A stretch of 64,000 bases of DNA from positions 12,090 to 76,089 of the forward strand of contig CAXGUD010000020.1 of assembly GCA_964012805.1 (NCBI GenBank). Reading direction: 5' to 3'. The notes under the pieces were generated by a model, which made no database searches, was not told the DNA's origin, and saw nothing but the letters and a program-made list of their open reading frames with translations. The position numbers were made by a program, and so were the translations under genes. Shown in pieces: positions 19,512 through 29,202 of this stretch; position 1 is the first letter of the stretch; every line of letters begins with the position of its first letter. The stretch comes from an uncultured Bacteriovoracaceae bacterium (GTDB lineage: Bacteria > Bdellovibrionota > Bacteriovoracia > Bacteriovoracales > Bacteriovoracaceae).

Positions 19512-19615
19512 GCGGCAGCTAGATCACCTATCACATAACTTATTAGTTACCGTTGCTCCCTTCCGGGCCTGGCGGGGTTGGCTAAAAAAGCTATTGATAA
19601 GGACCTAACTACCGC
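19512..19615 (-). ncRNA. ffs: Signal recognition particle RNA (4.5S, small bacterial type)
   Basis: Minus strand has the conserved domain IV core GCCAGGCCCGGAAGGGAGCAAC; the ends GCGGTAGTTAG and CTAGCTGCCGC pair; directly upstream of dnaX. Ends approximate. Confidence 0.93.
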
Positions 19616-19619
19616 GGCA

Positions 19620-19648
19620 ATAATAGGGCGTCCGTATTTCGATGTCAA
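19620..19648 (-). promoter_or_regulatory. Sigma70-type promoter for ffs (and possibly dnaX onward)
   Basis: TTGACA (19648-19643), 17 bp spacer, TATTAT (19625-19620), immediately before the SRP RNA 5' end. Confidence 0.75.
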
Positions 19649-19670
19649 AGAAAATTTACATGATTAATGA

Positions 19671-19758
19671 TGGCGGAGAACAGGGGATTCGAACCCCCGA
19701 TACCTTGCGGTATACACGCTTTCCAAGCGTGCGCCTTCGACCACTCGGCCAATTCTCC
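19671..19758 (-). tRNA. tRNA-Ser(GGA)
   Basis: GGAGAATTGGCCGAGTGG...CACGC-TT-GGA-AA-GCGTG, long variable arm, GTTCGAATC, encoded CCA. Confidence 0.96.
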
Positions 19759-19824
19759 AGAATAGAGGTCTTCTAGTACCACTGTATGGGCTGAGTGTCT
19801 AGGTTTTGAAAAGACATTATAAAG

Positions 19825-20316
19825 CTAAAAATTATTGTGACGCCTGTATGATTTTCTTTTATCTTTAAAAAAAGTTGATAGAATTCTTGAGCACTCAAAA
19901 TGACGCACACCACCTATTACTTCGAAATTATGATTTAGTCTTTTGTCTTTATAGAGGTTATAGCCAAGGCTAATTGACCCCCCTTTTGGGTCGTATGCAC
20001 CAAAAACTAAACATTTAATTCTTGCTTGAACCATTGCTCCCAAGCACATGGGGCAAGGCTCTAAAGTTGTGTACAAGGTATAGCCCTCAAGCCTCCAGTT
20101 TTTTTTCACCCTACCAGTCTCGGTAAGGGCAAGAACCTCTGCATGACCACATGGATCAAAAAGTTTTTCTTTTTGATTAAATGACTTTGTAACGATTTTA
20201 CCATCCGGGTCAGTAATAACGACCCCAATCGGCACCTCTTCATTCCTAAAAGCATTTTCAGCTTCTTCCAAAGCAATTCCCATATTCCAAACATGATCAT
20301 TTAATGTCATTTTCAT
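19825..20316 (-). CDS. tadA: tRNA adenosine(34) deaminase (start may be ATG at 20310)
   Basis: EVPIG, HAE, TLEPCPMC and FGAYDPKGG. Confidence 0.95.
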   Translation of the reverse strand: MKMTLNDHVWNMGIALEEAENAFRNEEVPIGVVITDPDGKIVTKSFNQKEKLFDPCGHAEVLALTETGRVKKNWRLEGYTLYTTLEPCPMCLGAMVQARIKCLVFGAYDPKGGSISLGYNLYKDKRLNHNFEVIGGVRHFECSRILSTFFKDKRKSYRRHNNF

Positions 20317-21073
20317 TTTTTTTCGCCAATTTAAAGCGGCTTTTCCTTTTTTGAAGGTCCTCTTCTTTCCAACTTTCTACAAAACTTTTAAATCCCTCTT
20401 TTTCATCCTCAGAGCGAAAAGCGAACCTAACACCGTAAGTTATCCCTCGCCCCATAAGAACTTCTCTCTTAGAAACCACCTCAACTTTGAAGTCTAGTTC
20501 CCTAAAGTCCGTTTTTAACAAAACTAAAAGAGGTTCGCCAATCGGAAAGTCTTCAAATAGTGTTATACAACCCGCACCTCTTCTTACATCCGTCAAACGA
20601 CCATTAATTTTTTTTTCTTTTCTAACATCTGAAAACTGGTAAACCAGAATTTTTACGTCATTTCTATATCTAAAATCATAAATCCACCACTTAACCATTG
20701 GGTAGTAAATAGGAGAGGATAAGGTATACATCTCCATAAAGAGGAATAATATGGCCAAAAGGTAGTTATAGCTTATTATTGAAGTTTGAAACGTGAAGAT
20801 ACCTTGAAAAAATCCTACGATAAGATAAAGCATCAAACAGACTGAAAAGGTCCAATAACTATAATACAAGTTTTGAATGACCCTAAAATATAGCCTATAG
20901 ATAAAACCAAAAATAATTAGTTTAAAAAAGCCTTCTAAGCCTATAAAGCCATAGGATATTTCCAATAGTAATCCTATAACTGTTAGACTTAAATGGATCC
21001 AGTTTAACAGCCTAACTCTGTCAAACTCTCTTTTTAGCTTAAGACTAGAAAAACCTATTTTCATAGAAAACAT
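20297..21073 (-). CDS. Membrane protein (about 4 TM) with C-terminal PilZ-like domain
   Basis: Hydrophobic N-terminal half, then DFRYRND...GRLTDVRRGAGC...EVV...YGVRF, a degenerate PilZ pattern. Confidence 0.6.
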   Translation of the reverse strand: MFSMKIGFSSLKLKREFDRVRLLNWIHLSLTVIGLLLEISYGFIGLEGFFKLIIFGFIYRLYFRVIQNLYYSYWTFSVCLMLYLIVGFFQGIFTFQTSIISYNYLLAILFLFMEMYTLSSPIYYPMVKWWIYDFRYRNDVKILVYQFSDVRKEKKINGRLTDVRRGAGCITLFEDFPIGEPLLVLLKTDFRELDFKVEVVSKREVLMGRGITYGVRFAFRSEDEKEGFKSFVESWKEEDLQKRKSRFKLAKKNENDIK

Positions 21074-21502
21074 TATCCCAAAAAACTTAGATTATTCTCC
21101 TATGCAAAAACATCCCTTTCTTTTGGATCAATAATATTCAATAAAATCAAACTGAAAGCCTTTCACGGCTTGGAATTAGATCAACGGATTTAAATTTGTA
21201 AACTGGTCTCTTTTACACTAGGATCTTTAGTCAATAAGGTTTATAAAAACCACTAGCAATGGCTTTCAGAGAATTTAAAGTATATTTCTTCTTTTTCCAC
21301 ATTGGTGCTTTTGAGAGGTTGTACTTTTTTTGAACCCCTTAATTCATCTACCCACTCTTTGGAGTGAGTCTTTGGATGCCCTAGAAAAAAAGACAATTAA
21401 TTAACAGCCTTATGTTGCCTTTTCTTGTTTTAAAAAAGTGGTCCCATAGGACCAAAAACCCAAATTTAACTATTAACTATATGGAAAATACATGTGGTGA
21501 AA

Positions 21503-21579
21503 TGGCGCAGCCGGCAGGAGTCGAACCTGCGACCACTTGATTCGTAGTCAAGTACTCTATCCAGCTGAGCTACGGCTGC
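21503..21579 (-). tRNA. tRNA-Arg(ACG)
   Basis: GCAGCCGTAGCTCAGCTGGATAGAG-TA-CTTGA-CT-ACG-AA-TCAAG...GTTCGACTC...GCCA. Confidence 0.97.
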
Positions 21580-21588
21580 GTAAGAAAA

Positions 21589-21617
21589 TTTATAGTTACT
21601 CTAAAAAGTTATGTCAA
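21589..21617 (-). promoter_or_regulatory. Sigma70-type promoter for tRNA-Arg
   Basis: TTGACA (21617-21612), 17 bp spacer, TATAAA (21594-21589), about 10 nt before the tRNA. Confidence 0.65.
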
Positions 21618-21661
21618 GAAAGTAACTTTGTAGAAATTAGAGTATAGGAGATGAAGTAAGA

Positions 21662-21750
21662 TGGCGGAAGCGAGAGGATTCGAACCTCCGGAACCACAAG
21701 GGTTCAACACCTTAGCAAGGTGCCGCCTTCGACCACTCGGCCACGCTTCC
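21662..21750 (-). tRNA. tRNA-Ser(GCT)
   Basis: GGAAGCGTGGCCGAGTGG...GCACC-TT-GCT-AA-GGTGT, long variable arm, CCA end. Confidence 0.96.
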
Positions 21751-21758
21751 GATATAAA

Positions 21759-21846
21759 TGGCGGAGGACACAGGATTCGAACCTGCGGTCCCGTGAAGGA
21801 CAATGGTTTTCAAAACCACCGCTTTCGACCACTCAGCCAATCCTCC
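21759..21846 (-). tRNA. tRNA-Ser(TGA)
   Basis: GGAGGATTGGCTGAGTGG...GTGGT-TT-TGA-AA-ACCAT, long variable arm, CCA end. Confidence 0.96.
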
Positions 21847-21862
21847 AGCATATTAGAGACGC

Positions 21863-21891
21863 ATCTTAGGATAGAGGGTTCTTTTTGACAA
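21863..21891 (-). promoter_or_regulatory. Sigma70-type promoter for the tRNA-Ser pair
   Basis: TTGTCA (21891-21886), 17 bp spacer, TAAGAT (21868-21863). Confidence 0.6.
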
Positions 21892-21903
21892 CCAAAAAAG
21901 ACC

Positions 21904-23184
21904 TTATTTCTTACCAATGGTCTTTAAGCCTCCCATATAGGGCTGGAGTACTTCAGGAACAGAAATACTACCGTCTTCTTCCTGATAGTTTTCTAAAATG
22001 GCAACAAGTGTCCTTCCAACAGCTAAGCCTGACCCATTAAGCGTATGAGCAAAAGTTGGCTTTCCCTCATCATTTCTATATCTTATATTCGCTCGTCGAG
22101 CTTGGAAATCTCCGCAATTAGAAACCGATGAGATTTCTCTATAACAACCTTGCGCAGGGAGCCAAACCTCGAAGTCTATACATTTTCTGGCACCAAACCC
22201 AATATCTCCTCCACAAAGAAGCATTTCACGGTAAGGCAGCTCAAGCTTTTCGAGCAGGTGCCTTGCTTGACCAATCATTTCCTCATGAGCATCTTGAGAT
22301 TTATCAGACTCAACAATAAAAACCATTTCAACTTTATTAAATTGGTGAAGCCTAATTAAGCCTCTTGTATCTTTTCCATGAGAACCTGCCTCACTTCTAA
22401 AGCATGGCGTAAATGAGCAAAATTTATGGGGTAACTCACTTTTATTAAAGAGCTCATTCTTCCTCAAATTAGTCAAAGGAACTTCAGAAGTGGGAATCAA
22501 ATACCAGTTTTTCCCTTCCATCTGTAGCTTAAATAAGTCGTCCTCAAACTTAGGTAATTGGCCAGTGCCATAAAGAGTGTCGTCGTTAACAATTAGTGGA
22601 GGGATAACTTCTTCGTATCCTTTCTTTAAATGCTCTTCTAAAAAGAAGTTAATAAGTGCTCTTTCAAGTCTGGCCAAATCACCCTTCAATACACTAAATC
22701 GTGCTCCTGTTAACTTTGATGCACGCTCAAAATCAAGAAGACCTAATTTTTCACCTAATTCAACATGGTCTTTAACTTCGAATGAGAATGATTTTGGAAT
22801 TCCCCATTTTCTGACCTCTACATTATCATCTTCACTTTGCCCGCTAGGCACATCAGAGTCTAACAAATTAGGAATTGTAGACAATTTCGATTTAAGCTCA
22901 ACTTCAACGACTTCTAGTTCTTTCTCGTTTGAAATGCTCTTCTCTTTTAATTCTTGAACTCTCTTCATTTGGTTTGACGCATCACCGCCACTCTTTTTAA
23001 TAACACCAATTTCTTTAGAAGCTTTTTTAACTTCTGCTCTAGTATTTTCTACAAGCTGTATGAGCTCTCTCCTTTTTCCACTTAAGCCCAAAACATTTTC
23101 AAAGGATGTTAAATCAAAGTTCCTTTTTAGAAGATTCTTTTTAACTTCATCAGAATTAGACTCGAAATACTTGATGTCGTGCAC
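21904..23184 (-). CDS. serS: Serine--tRNA ligase
   Basis: LIPTSEVP, FRSEAG, GLIRLHQFNKVE, EISSVSNC and HTLNGSGLAVGR. Confidence 0.98.
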   Translation of the reverse strand: MHDIKYFESNSDEVKKNLLKRNFDLTSFENVLGLSGKRRELIQLVENTRAEVKKASKEIGVIKKSGGDASNQMKRVQELKEKSISNEKELEVVEVELKSKLSTIPNLLDSDVPSGQSEDDNVEVRKWGIPKSFSFEVKDHVELGEKLGLLDFERASKLTGARFSVLKGDLARLERALINFFLEEHLKKGYEEVIPPLIVNDDTLYGTGQLPKFEDDLFKLQMEGKNWYLIPTSEVPLTNLRKNELFNKSELPHKFCSFTPCFRSEAGSHGKDTRGLIRLHQFNKVEMVFIVESDKSQDAHEEMIGQARHLLEKLELPYREMLLCGGDIGFGARKCIDFEVWLPAQGCYREISSVSNCGDFQARRANIRYRNDEGKPTFAHTLNGSGLAVGRTLVAILENYQEEDGSISVPEVLQPYMGGLKTIGKK

Positions 23185-23205
23185 AACAACCTCTTTGTGA
23201 AATAG

Positions 23206-26200
23206 TTACTTTAATCTTTTGATAATATCTTGAATCTTTTGCTTATCTGGAGCTAACTTATTGACTTCTAAGTAGTTTTTATAAGATTCGATAGCAAAGC
23301 CAAGCTCACCTCTTGCTGTATAGGCTTCTCCTAGCAATTTGTAAATAGAAGCATTGCTCAAATCCTCATTATTGGCCCTTTTATAAAGATCGACAGCTTC
23401 ATTGTATTTGCCTTGACCTAATTTAATTTTACCCAAGCCAATAAGTGCTTCAACACTTCTAGGGTTAATTCTTAAAGCTTTTTCATAATATCCAATAGAT
23501 TTTCTAGCAAAATTAAGAATTTTATTTTTATCCCGGGCTTTTTCTCTTTCTTTGCTAAAAATCTTACCTGCCATAAGAAACCCGAACTCACTATTTGGAT
23601 TCAATTTCATTTCTTCTTCAGCAAACTCTTTAGCTTTTTTAAAGTTTCCGGCCGCTAAGTAACCTTTAGCCATAGAAAAGTTAACTTTAGGAAACGAAGG
23701 TAACCATTCTTTTAACTCCTTAAACTCGTTTAACGATTTTTTAAATTCCTTTCTTTTAAAATATAACTCAGCTAATAACATCCTCGTCTCAAGATTACCG
23801 GGATAAATATTTAATAATTTTTTGGCATAAGAAATTACATCATCTTGTTTATCTTCTATGGTTGCTGATTTAATAAGAAATTTATAAAAACTTGGATCCG
23901 TCTGGGCCATACTTTCGATTTTTTGCTTTTGGTTTTCAAACTGGTTTAGCTGACCGCTCTTATAATAATAAATAGCGATATCAGCAAGAACCTTTGGGTT
24001 ATCAGGATGTTCTTTTAATAAATCCCTTAAATATCCTATTGCAGTATCTGAACTTTCAAGTTCGTACAAAATTTTGGCCCAAAGGACTTTATAATCTACA
24101 TTTAAAGGGTCTAAAGCTATGGCCTTAGAAAGATTCATTCTTGCATTTGGATATTTTCTTAAGAGTAAATAGACTTCTGCCAATCTAAAAATAGTTTCAT
24201 CTTTAAGCGGATTAATTTTTATACTTTTATTTAGATTTTTTATTGCATTTTGATAATCTTTTTTCTTTAGATAATAATTTGCAAGTAAAGCTGGATATTC
24301 AGAAGTCGAAACAAAATTTTGAAATTCCCTTTTATTCAACATAATATCAAGTTCGTTTTTTGCACTATCAAGTTTATATGAATTGATATAGGCATTAATG
24401 AGAGCTTGGTTTACTTCAATATTTTTTGGAAAATCATTACGAAGGTCCTCTAGTCTTTTTATTGCTGACTTATGGTAGCCTCTTTTTATTTGTATCTTGG
24501 CCAATAATAAGTGTGGTGGTATAAAGGAATCTGATAAATCAACCGCTTTTACACCTAAAGTTAAAGCTTCAGACCATTTTTTTTCTTTCATAGCTTTTTC
24601 TGACTGCTTCATGAAATCAATAATCTTACTTCTTATAATTAAATTTTTGACTACGTCTTCGCCTTTAACAGCTAAAGTCGCTAATCTAGCCCTTAGACTT
24701 GTGGATTCTTTTATTTTAAGTGCTTTATTAAAGTACTTAGCAGCTTCTTTGAAAAAAGCATCTTTTTTCTTAACATCTTTTTGTGTATTTGCTCTAAGAA
24801 TGCTTCTTAAGCCCATATTTTCTAAAAATAGAGAATAAAAGTAAGGGGATTTGCCTGCATCTAATCTTCTTATATAGCCTAGAGTCCTTTCGAAACTCTT
24901 AATATCACCTGAACGTAGATAATATTTAAGAATTTCGAGTCTTAAAGATACTTTTTTAGGATAATTTTTGATTCCCTCTTCAAGAATTTTTTGCCCAGAA
25001 TTAAAATCCTGATTTAATTCAAAATATTCACTGACAAATTTAAAAATTTTATAATCCCAATTTTTTTTAAGCGGAATAATTTTTTTGTAAGCTTTAGAAG
25101 CTTTTTCTAACTGACCAGCTTTAACAAGAACATGAAGGTATAGACCTAAAATATTTAAATCGGGCTTTTTTACTCTTAGAAAGTTTTCGATAGTATTTAA
25201 GGCCGTTAATTTTTTTTCAAAAAACAAATAAAAGTGCGTTGTTCCTATTACCATATTAGAGTCATTTAATAGTTTATTCCTTCCTAAGTTAATAATTTTA
25301 AAAAGAGTATTTCCTGCTTTTTCAGGATTTTTTGAGTTAGGCAATAATTCAGAATAAACTAAAACTAAAAAACCAAGAGCTTCATTTTCTCTAAACTTAT
25401 GAGATAAAGATAAATTAAAAAAGTTTGCAGCTGATATTTTAGAAATATAAGTACCTTTTTTATATGATTCTATTCCTTTCGCAAAAAACTCTCTACTTTT
25501 TTTAAAGTCTTCATATTCTTTCTGGAACGGAAAAGAAATAACAGGCCTCTTTATTTTTATTGGGGTTTCAATTGTAACGACTTTTTTTTCTTCAAATATT
25601 TCTGAAAAAAAGAAAAAAAGAAAAAAAATACCAAAACCAACTTGTATAACCTTTTTTCGGGAATTTTTTTTTGCATTTTGTTCTTTCTCTATTTCATCCT
25701 TAAGGGGATCTTCCTCATCATCGTCTGAACTTTCATTATCTTCATTTAGTACACTTTCGTCGAAAACTTTTTCTGAGTTTTCTATATCATTTTTTAAATC
25801 ATCTATTAAATCTTGAATAGAAACTTCTTTAGTTTTTTCATCGAAACTAATTATTTCTTTTTTTTCTATCGTATCTAATGCTTTGTTGTCGTCTTTTACA
25901 TCATTTTTTTTTGTATTTTGTTCATCCAATTCATCTTTAACATTTTCTATTAAATAAGTTTTATCATAGTTAGTGTTTTCGCTAAAGACACCGTCATCTT
26001 CATCATCATCTTTATAGTCTTCATCATTTTCACTGCTTAAAGAATTAGCCTCTTCTTCAGCATCTAGCCTAACTTCTTCTGTTTCCTCAACATTATCTTT
26101 ATTTAAGTCATAATCTAGACTCTCATCTTTAGGAATAATAAACTTTTTGGAGTCAAGGTCACTGTCTTCTACTGGAGAAGTATACTCTTGATCACTAAGA

Positions 26201-26364
26201 AATCTTAGTATTTTATGTGCTTCTTCCCAATTCCCCTTGGGAAATTCTTTGCATAAAAAGGAGGGTTCAAATTTTTTTTGTTTATACAAAATTTCCATTT
26301 GATTTTCGTCAAATGGCCCCAAAATTCTATTATTTTTTAATTTAATTTGAAATTTTTTTTCCAT
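23206..26364 (-). CDS. Large single-TM protein: GYF-like N-terminus, acidic linker, TM helix, long TPR array
   Basis: N-terminal RILGPF...KGNW; D/E-rich linker; VIQVGFGIFFLFFFFS TM; many TPR-like repeats (AIALDPLN, ALRINPRS). Confidence 0.8.
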   Translation of the reverse strand: MEKKFQIKLKNNRILGPFDENQMEILYKQKKFEPSFLCKEFPKGNWEEAHKILRFLSDQEYTSPVEDSDLDSKKFIIPKDESLDYDLNKDNVEETEEVRLDAEEEANSLSSENDEDYKDDDEDDGVFSENTNYDKTYLIENVKDELDEQNTKKNDVKDDNKALDTIEKKEIISFDEKTKEVSIQDLIDDLKNDIENSEKVFDESVLNEDNESSDDDEEDPLKDEIEKEQNAKKNSRKKVIQVGFGIFFLFFFFSEIFEEKKVVTIETPIKIKRPVISFPFQKEYEDFKKSREFFAKGIESYKKGTYISKISAANFFNLSLSHKFRENEALGFLVLVYSELLPNSKNPEKAGNTLFKIINLGRNKLLNDSNMVIGTTHFYLFFEKKLTALNTIENFLRVKKPDLNILGLYLHVLVKAGQLEKASKAYKKIIPLKKNWDYKIFKFVSEYFELNQDFNSGQKILEEGIKNYPKKVSLRLEILKYYLRSGDIKSFERTLGYIRRLDAGKSPYFYSLFLENMGLRSILRANTQKDVKKKDAFFKEAAKYFNKALKIKESTSLRARLATLAVKGEDVVKNLIIRSKIIDFMKQSEKAMKEKKWSEALTLGVKAVDLSDSFIPPHLLLAKIQIKRGYHKSAIKRLEDLRNDFPKNIEVNQALINAYINSYKLDSAKNELDIMLNKREFQNFVSTSEYPALLANYYLKKKDYQNAIKNLNKSIKINPLKDETIFRLAEVYLLLRKYPNARMNLSKAIALDPLNVDYKVLWAKILYELESSDTAIGYLRDLLKEHPDNPKVLADIAIYYYKSGQLNQFENQKQKIESMAQTDPSFYKFLIKSATIEDKQDDVISYAKKLLNIYPGNLETRMLLAELYFKRKEFKKSLNEFKELKEWLPSFPKVNFSMAKGYLAAGNFKKAKEFAEEEMKLNPNSEFGFLMAGKIFSKEREKARDKNKILNFARKSIGYYEKALRINPRSVEALIGLGKIKLGQGKYNEAVDLYKRANNEDLSNASIYKLLGEAYTARGELGFAIESYKNYLEVNKLAPDKQKIQDIIKRLK

Positions 26365-26424
26365 CTATGTGCTATTTTACGTCTAGTTCCATTAATCTAT
26401 ATAACCAAAATTGAAAATTTCCCT

Positions 26425-27708
26425 TTATTTTGCCAAAATTACCTTTTTCTTAAACTTTGGAAACCTCTTAAAAATCGCTAAAACTTTACTTATCAGAAAA
26501 GCCCCTCCACATAGATTTATACAAACAATAAGAATCAATTCGAAATAAAGTTGTTCAGAATAGGCAGTCATAAAAAACTTAAAATTTAAAATCAACCCTG
26601 AGGTTATTATTGAGGAAAAATATAAAAATAAGCTGATAAATAGTGCTGATGCAAATTTGGGCCTTCTTTGAAATAAAAATGTCAAATCTTTAAGATCATT
26701 AATTTCATTTTTATTTAAGTTTATTAAATGAATATTTAAAGTAAAAATAAGGGAATAAAAAAAGAGGTATAGGAGGAATTGTTCATTCATTTCGATTACA
26801 TTTGGAGTTACAGCGTATAACAAAATAAAACCAGCATTACCTACAGAAAAAAAAGAAAGAATTAATTTTAGGTTCGTTTGATGGCAAGCTACTAAAACGC
26901 CATAAAAAGTCGTAATTATGGCAAAGAATTTTACAGAATCAATAATTATATCTCCATAATATCCATTCAATTTGGGAAGCAAGACTTGTAGTACTAACAT
27001 TAAGCTCCAAGTTAAAATATTTTTTTCAATCACGTAATAACTGAATAAATTACTTTCATTAATATTTTCATTTAAAACAGGAACCCATGTGTGAAACGGA
27101 AAACAACCTAAAGTAAAGCAAAGAATTAAAATAAAGAAGCAAACACACAAAACATATAAAGATTCATTAAATACTGTAAAAGAATTAAAATTAACTCCAT
27201 TAGTGGAGCCGACAAAAAAACCTAATCCTAAAATCATTAAACAAAATATAAATATTTTTAATATATAAATATTAAGAATATTTTTCGTTTCTTTGGATTC
27301 ATGACTATTCATAAAAGGGAAAAACATCATAATACTAATAAATTGAAATAATAATGTGTAAGAAAATAGATTATTGGCTGTAAGCAAATAGAAACTTGCC
27401 AGGTAAATTATCATGTATGTAAGAATATTTTTAACCAGTAAGTAATTAATTTTTTTAAAATAGAAAAATAGGATAAAAAAGTTAAATCCAGATAAAACAC
27501 ATAATATAAGCCTCGAGGATTCATTTAAATTTAAATATTCGCCACCCCAAAATATATTTTGATCAATTAGATTCAAGGAAAATAAAATCAAGTTAATAAA
27601 AAATAATGATAGGAACGATAAAAGTGGACCTTTCTTTTTATTAGATAGTAAAAGGGTTGAAATCGTTATAACAGTCAGCAACAAAAATATATTACTATTC
27701 AATTTCAT
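26425..27708 (-). CDS. Highly diverged NuoN-like antiporter-fold membrane subunit (second copy)
   Basis: LGCFPFHTWVP and QTNLKLILSFFSVGNAGF align to NuoN PFHMWAP and QRSVKRMLAYSSIAHAGF; last gene of the duplicated block. Confidence 0.78.
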   Translation of the reverse strand: MKLNSNIFLLLTVITISTLLLSNKKKGPLLSFLSLFFINLILFSLNLIDQNIFWGGEYLNLNESSRLILCVLSGFNFFILFFYFKKINYLLVKNILTYMIIYLASFYLLTANNLFSYTLLFQFISIMMFFPFMNSHESKETKNILNIYILKIFIFCLMILGLGFFVGSTNGVNFNSFTVFNESLYVLCVCFFILILCFTLGCFPFHTWVPVLNENINESNLFSYYVIEKNILTWSLMLVLQVLLPKLNGYYGDIIIDSVKFFAIITTFYGVLVACHQTNLKLILSFFSVGNAGFILLYAVTPNVIEMNEQFLLYLFFYSLIFTLNIHLINLNKNEINDLKDLTFLFQRRPKFASALFISLFLYFSSIITSGLILNFKFFMTAYSEQLYFELILIVCINLCGGAFLISKVLAIFKRFPKFKKKVILAK

Positions 27709-27732
27709 TTTATTACAAAGTCCTTATTAATT

Positions 27733-29190
27733 TTAATTTAAATAGTTCATAAATAAATTAGGTCTTAATCCAAAAACCAAGTTAACAATTAGTAAAATAA
27801 CAACGGTAAGAAACTTAAGATTGAAGTACTCGAAATATAAAACATTATTTCTATGTGTATTAATATCAAAAAGAGTCATCTTACCTAAAACTTTAATAAT
27901 AGGTAGAATAGAAAAGAAGACTAAAAACGTGCCGAGAATTATATCTTGTGAAATAAGATTATAGAGGATAATAATTTCATTATTAAAAAAACCTAAAAGG
28001 GGAAAGCCAGAATAAGAAGCTATAAAAATTAAAAAGAATAAGTTCTTGGCTTTTTCAGTCATTGGTTGAGAACCAGTTAAAGCATCTTTTAGGGGAAGAA
28101 TTCGAGATTTCGAAGAGATCAAAGAAATTAATGTAAAAAAAGTAAAAAAGTTAATCCCAAGATGGGATTGAATTAAATAGTTGTTATTTCCCAAATAAAG
28201 GAAAACACCTAGACCGCAAAAATTTAAATGAATATAAAACAACCTCAATATATAATAATAAATATTCTCTTTTTTTTCTTGAAAGAACAATACCGTGTTA
28301 AAAATAACTCCTAAACTAAATAATATAAGAAAAACCCAAATCAAATCAGGAGCAAGTTTTTGAACTAAAGGACCTATAAAAACGGAAAGGTAATAAAAAG
28401 ACAGAAGGAGAATTATGCCAAAAATAGGGAAAATTAATTCTTTTCTTAATTTTAAAAAAGATATCTGGGTCCAATTGTGAAATGGAAAAAAAGAACATTT
28501 TATAAAAGCTCCAATAGACATAAAAAAGATTAATAAAGTGCCTAAAATTTTATTTTCATTATTTATGCTAATAAGTACGTTTTTAATGTAAGCAGGACTC
28601 GTCGAAAAATTACCGAGAAGTATATCACCCTTGTATAAAATAAAAACCATTGGTGATACTATACAAAGAAACGAAACAAAACTAAATGCAACTATATTGA
28701 AAATATCATTTCTGTGAAGTTTTGGCCCATATGAATAAATTAATAAAACAACAGCAAAAAAGCCGAGCTCACCAAAAGCTAAAAAACTAAAAATATTTTC
28801 ACTTAATAAAGCTCCTGTTGATAAAAATAAGAGGATAAAAAATATAAACTGATAAAACTTTTCATGAATCGTTCTTGTTTTCCAAAACCAACAAAAATTG
28901 AACAAAGCTAAGGATAAATTTAAAAGAATGAAAAAAGACTTTTCAAAATTAATACTAAATCTAAAGTCTATTATACTAAACTGCGTCGATTGAAATACTA
29001 ATCCCTCTGCATCAGTATTATAATTGCCGTTAAAAAAAACCCAACTCCATAAAATAACATAACTTATTATTCCGAAGAAACCGAAGTATTTAGTGTTGTT
29101 CCCAGCTGCATTTTTTGAAAAGGCAAACAAAAAACAAAAAGCTAAAGGAAAAAAAAATGCTAATATAAACTCCAAATTTTCCATAAACAA
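27733..29190 (-). CDS. Highly diverged NuoM-like subunit (second copy)
   Basis: GAFIKCSFFPFHNW, FLAFGE, SGFPLLGFFNNE and FGLRP correspond to NuoM motifs. Confidence 0.8.
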   Translation of the reverse strand: MFMENLEFILAFFFPLAFCFLFAFSKNAAGNNTKYFGFFGIISYVILWSWVFFNGNYNTDAEGLVFQSTQFSIIDFRFSINFEKSFFILLNLSLALFNFCWFWKTRTIHEKFYQFIFFILLFLSTGALLSENIFSFLAFGELGFFAVVLLIYSYGPKLHRNDIFNIVAFSFVSFLCIVSPMVFILYKGDILLGNFSTSPAYIKNVLISINNENKILGTLLIFFMSIGAFIKCSFFPFHNWTQISFLKLRKELIFPIFGIILLLSFYYLSVFIGPLVQKLAPDLIWVFLILFSLGVIFNTVLFFQEKKENIYYYILRLFYIHLNFCGLGVFLYLGNNNYLIQSHLGINFFTFFTLISLISSKSRILPLKDALTGSQPMTEKAKNLFFLIFIASYSGFPLLGFFNNEIIILYNLISQDIILGTFLVFFSILPIIKVLGKMTLFDINTHRNNVLYFEYFNLKFLTVVILLIVNLVFGLRPNLFMNYLN

Positions 29191-29202
29191 TATCCTATAC
29201 CC

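Noticed and set aside
21759..21846. tRNA with TGA read as a selenocysteine or suppressor tRNA
   Set aside because: TGA is the anticodon and reads UCA (Ser); tRNA-Sec would have anticodon TCA.
21609..21888. ORFs 21609-21803 (-) and 21661-21888 (+)
   Set aside because: They overlap the two tRNA-Ser genes and are translation artefacts.
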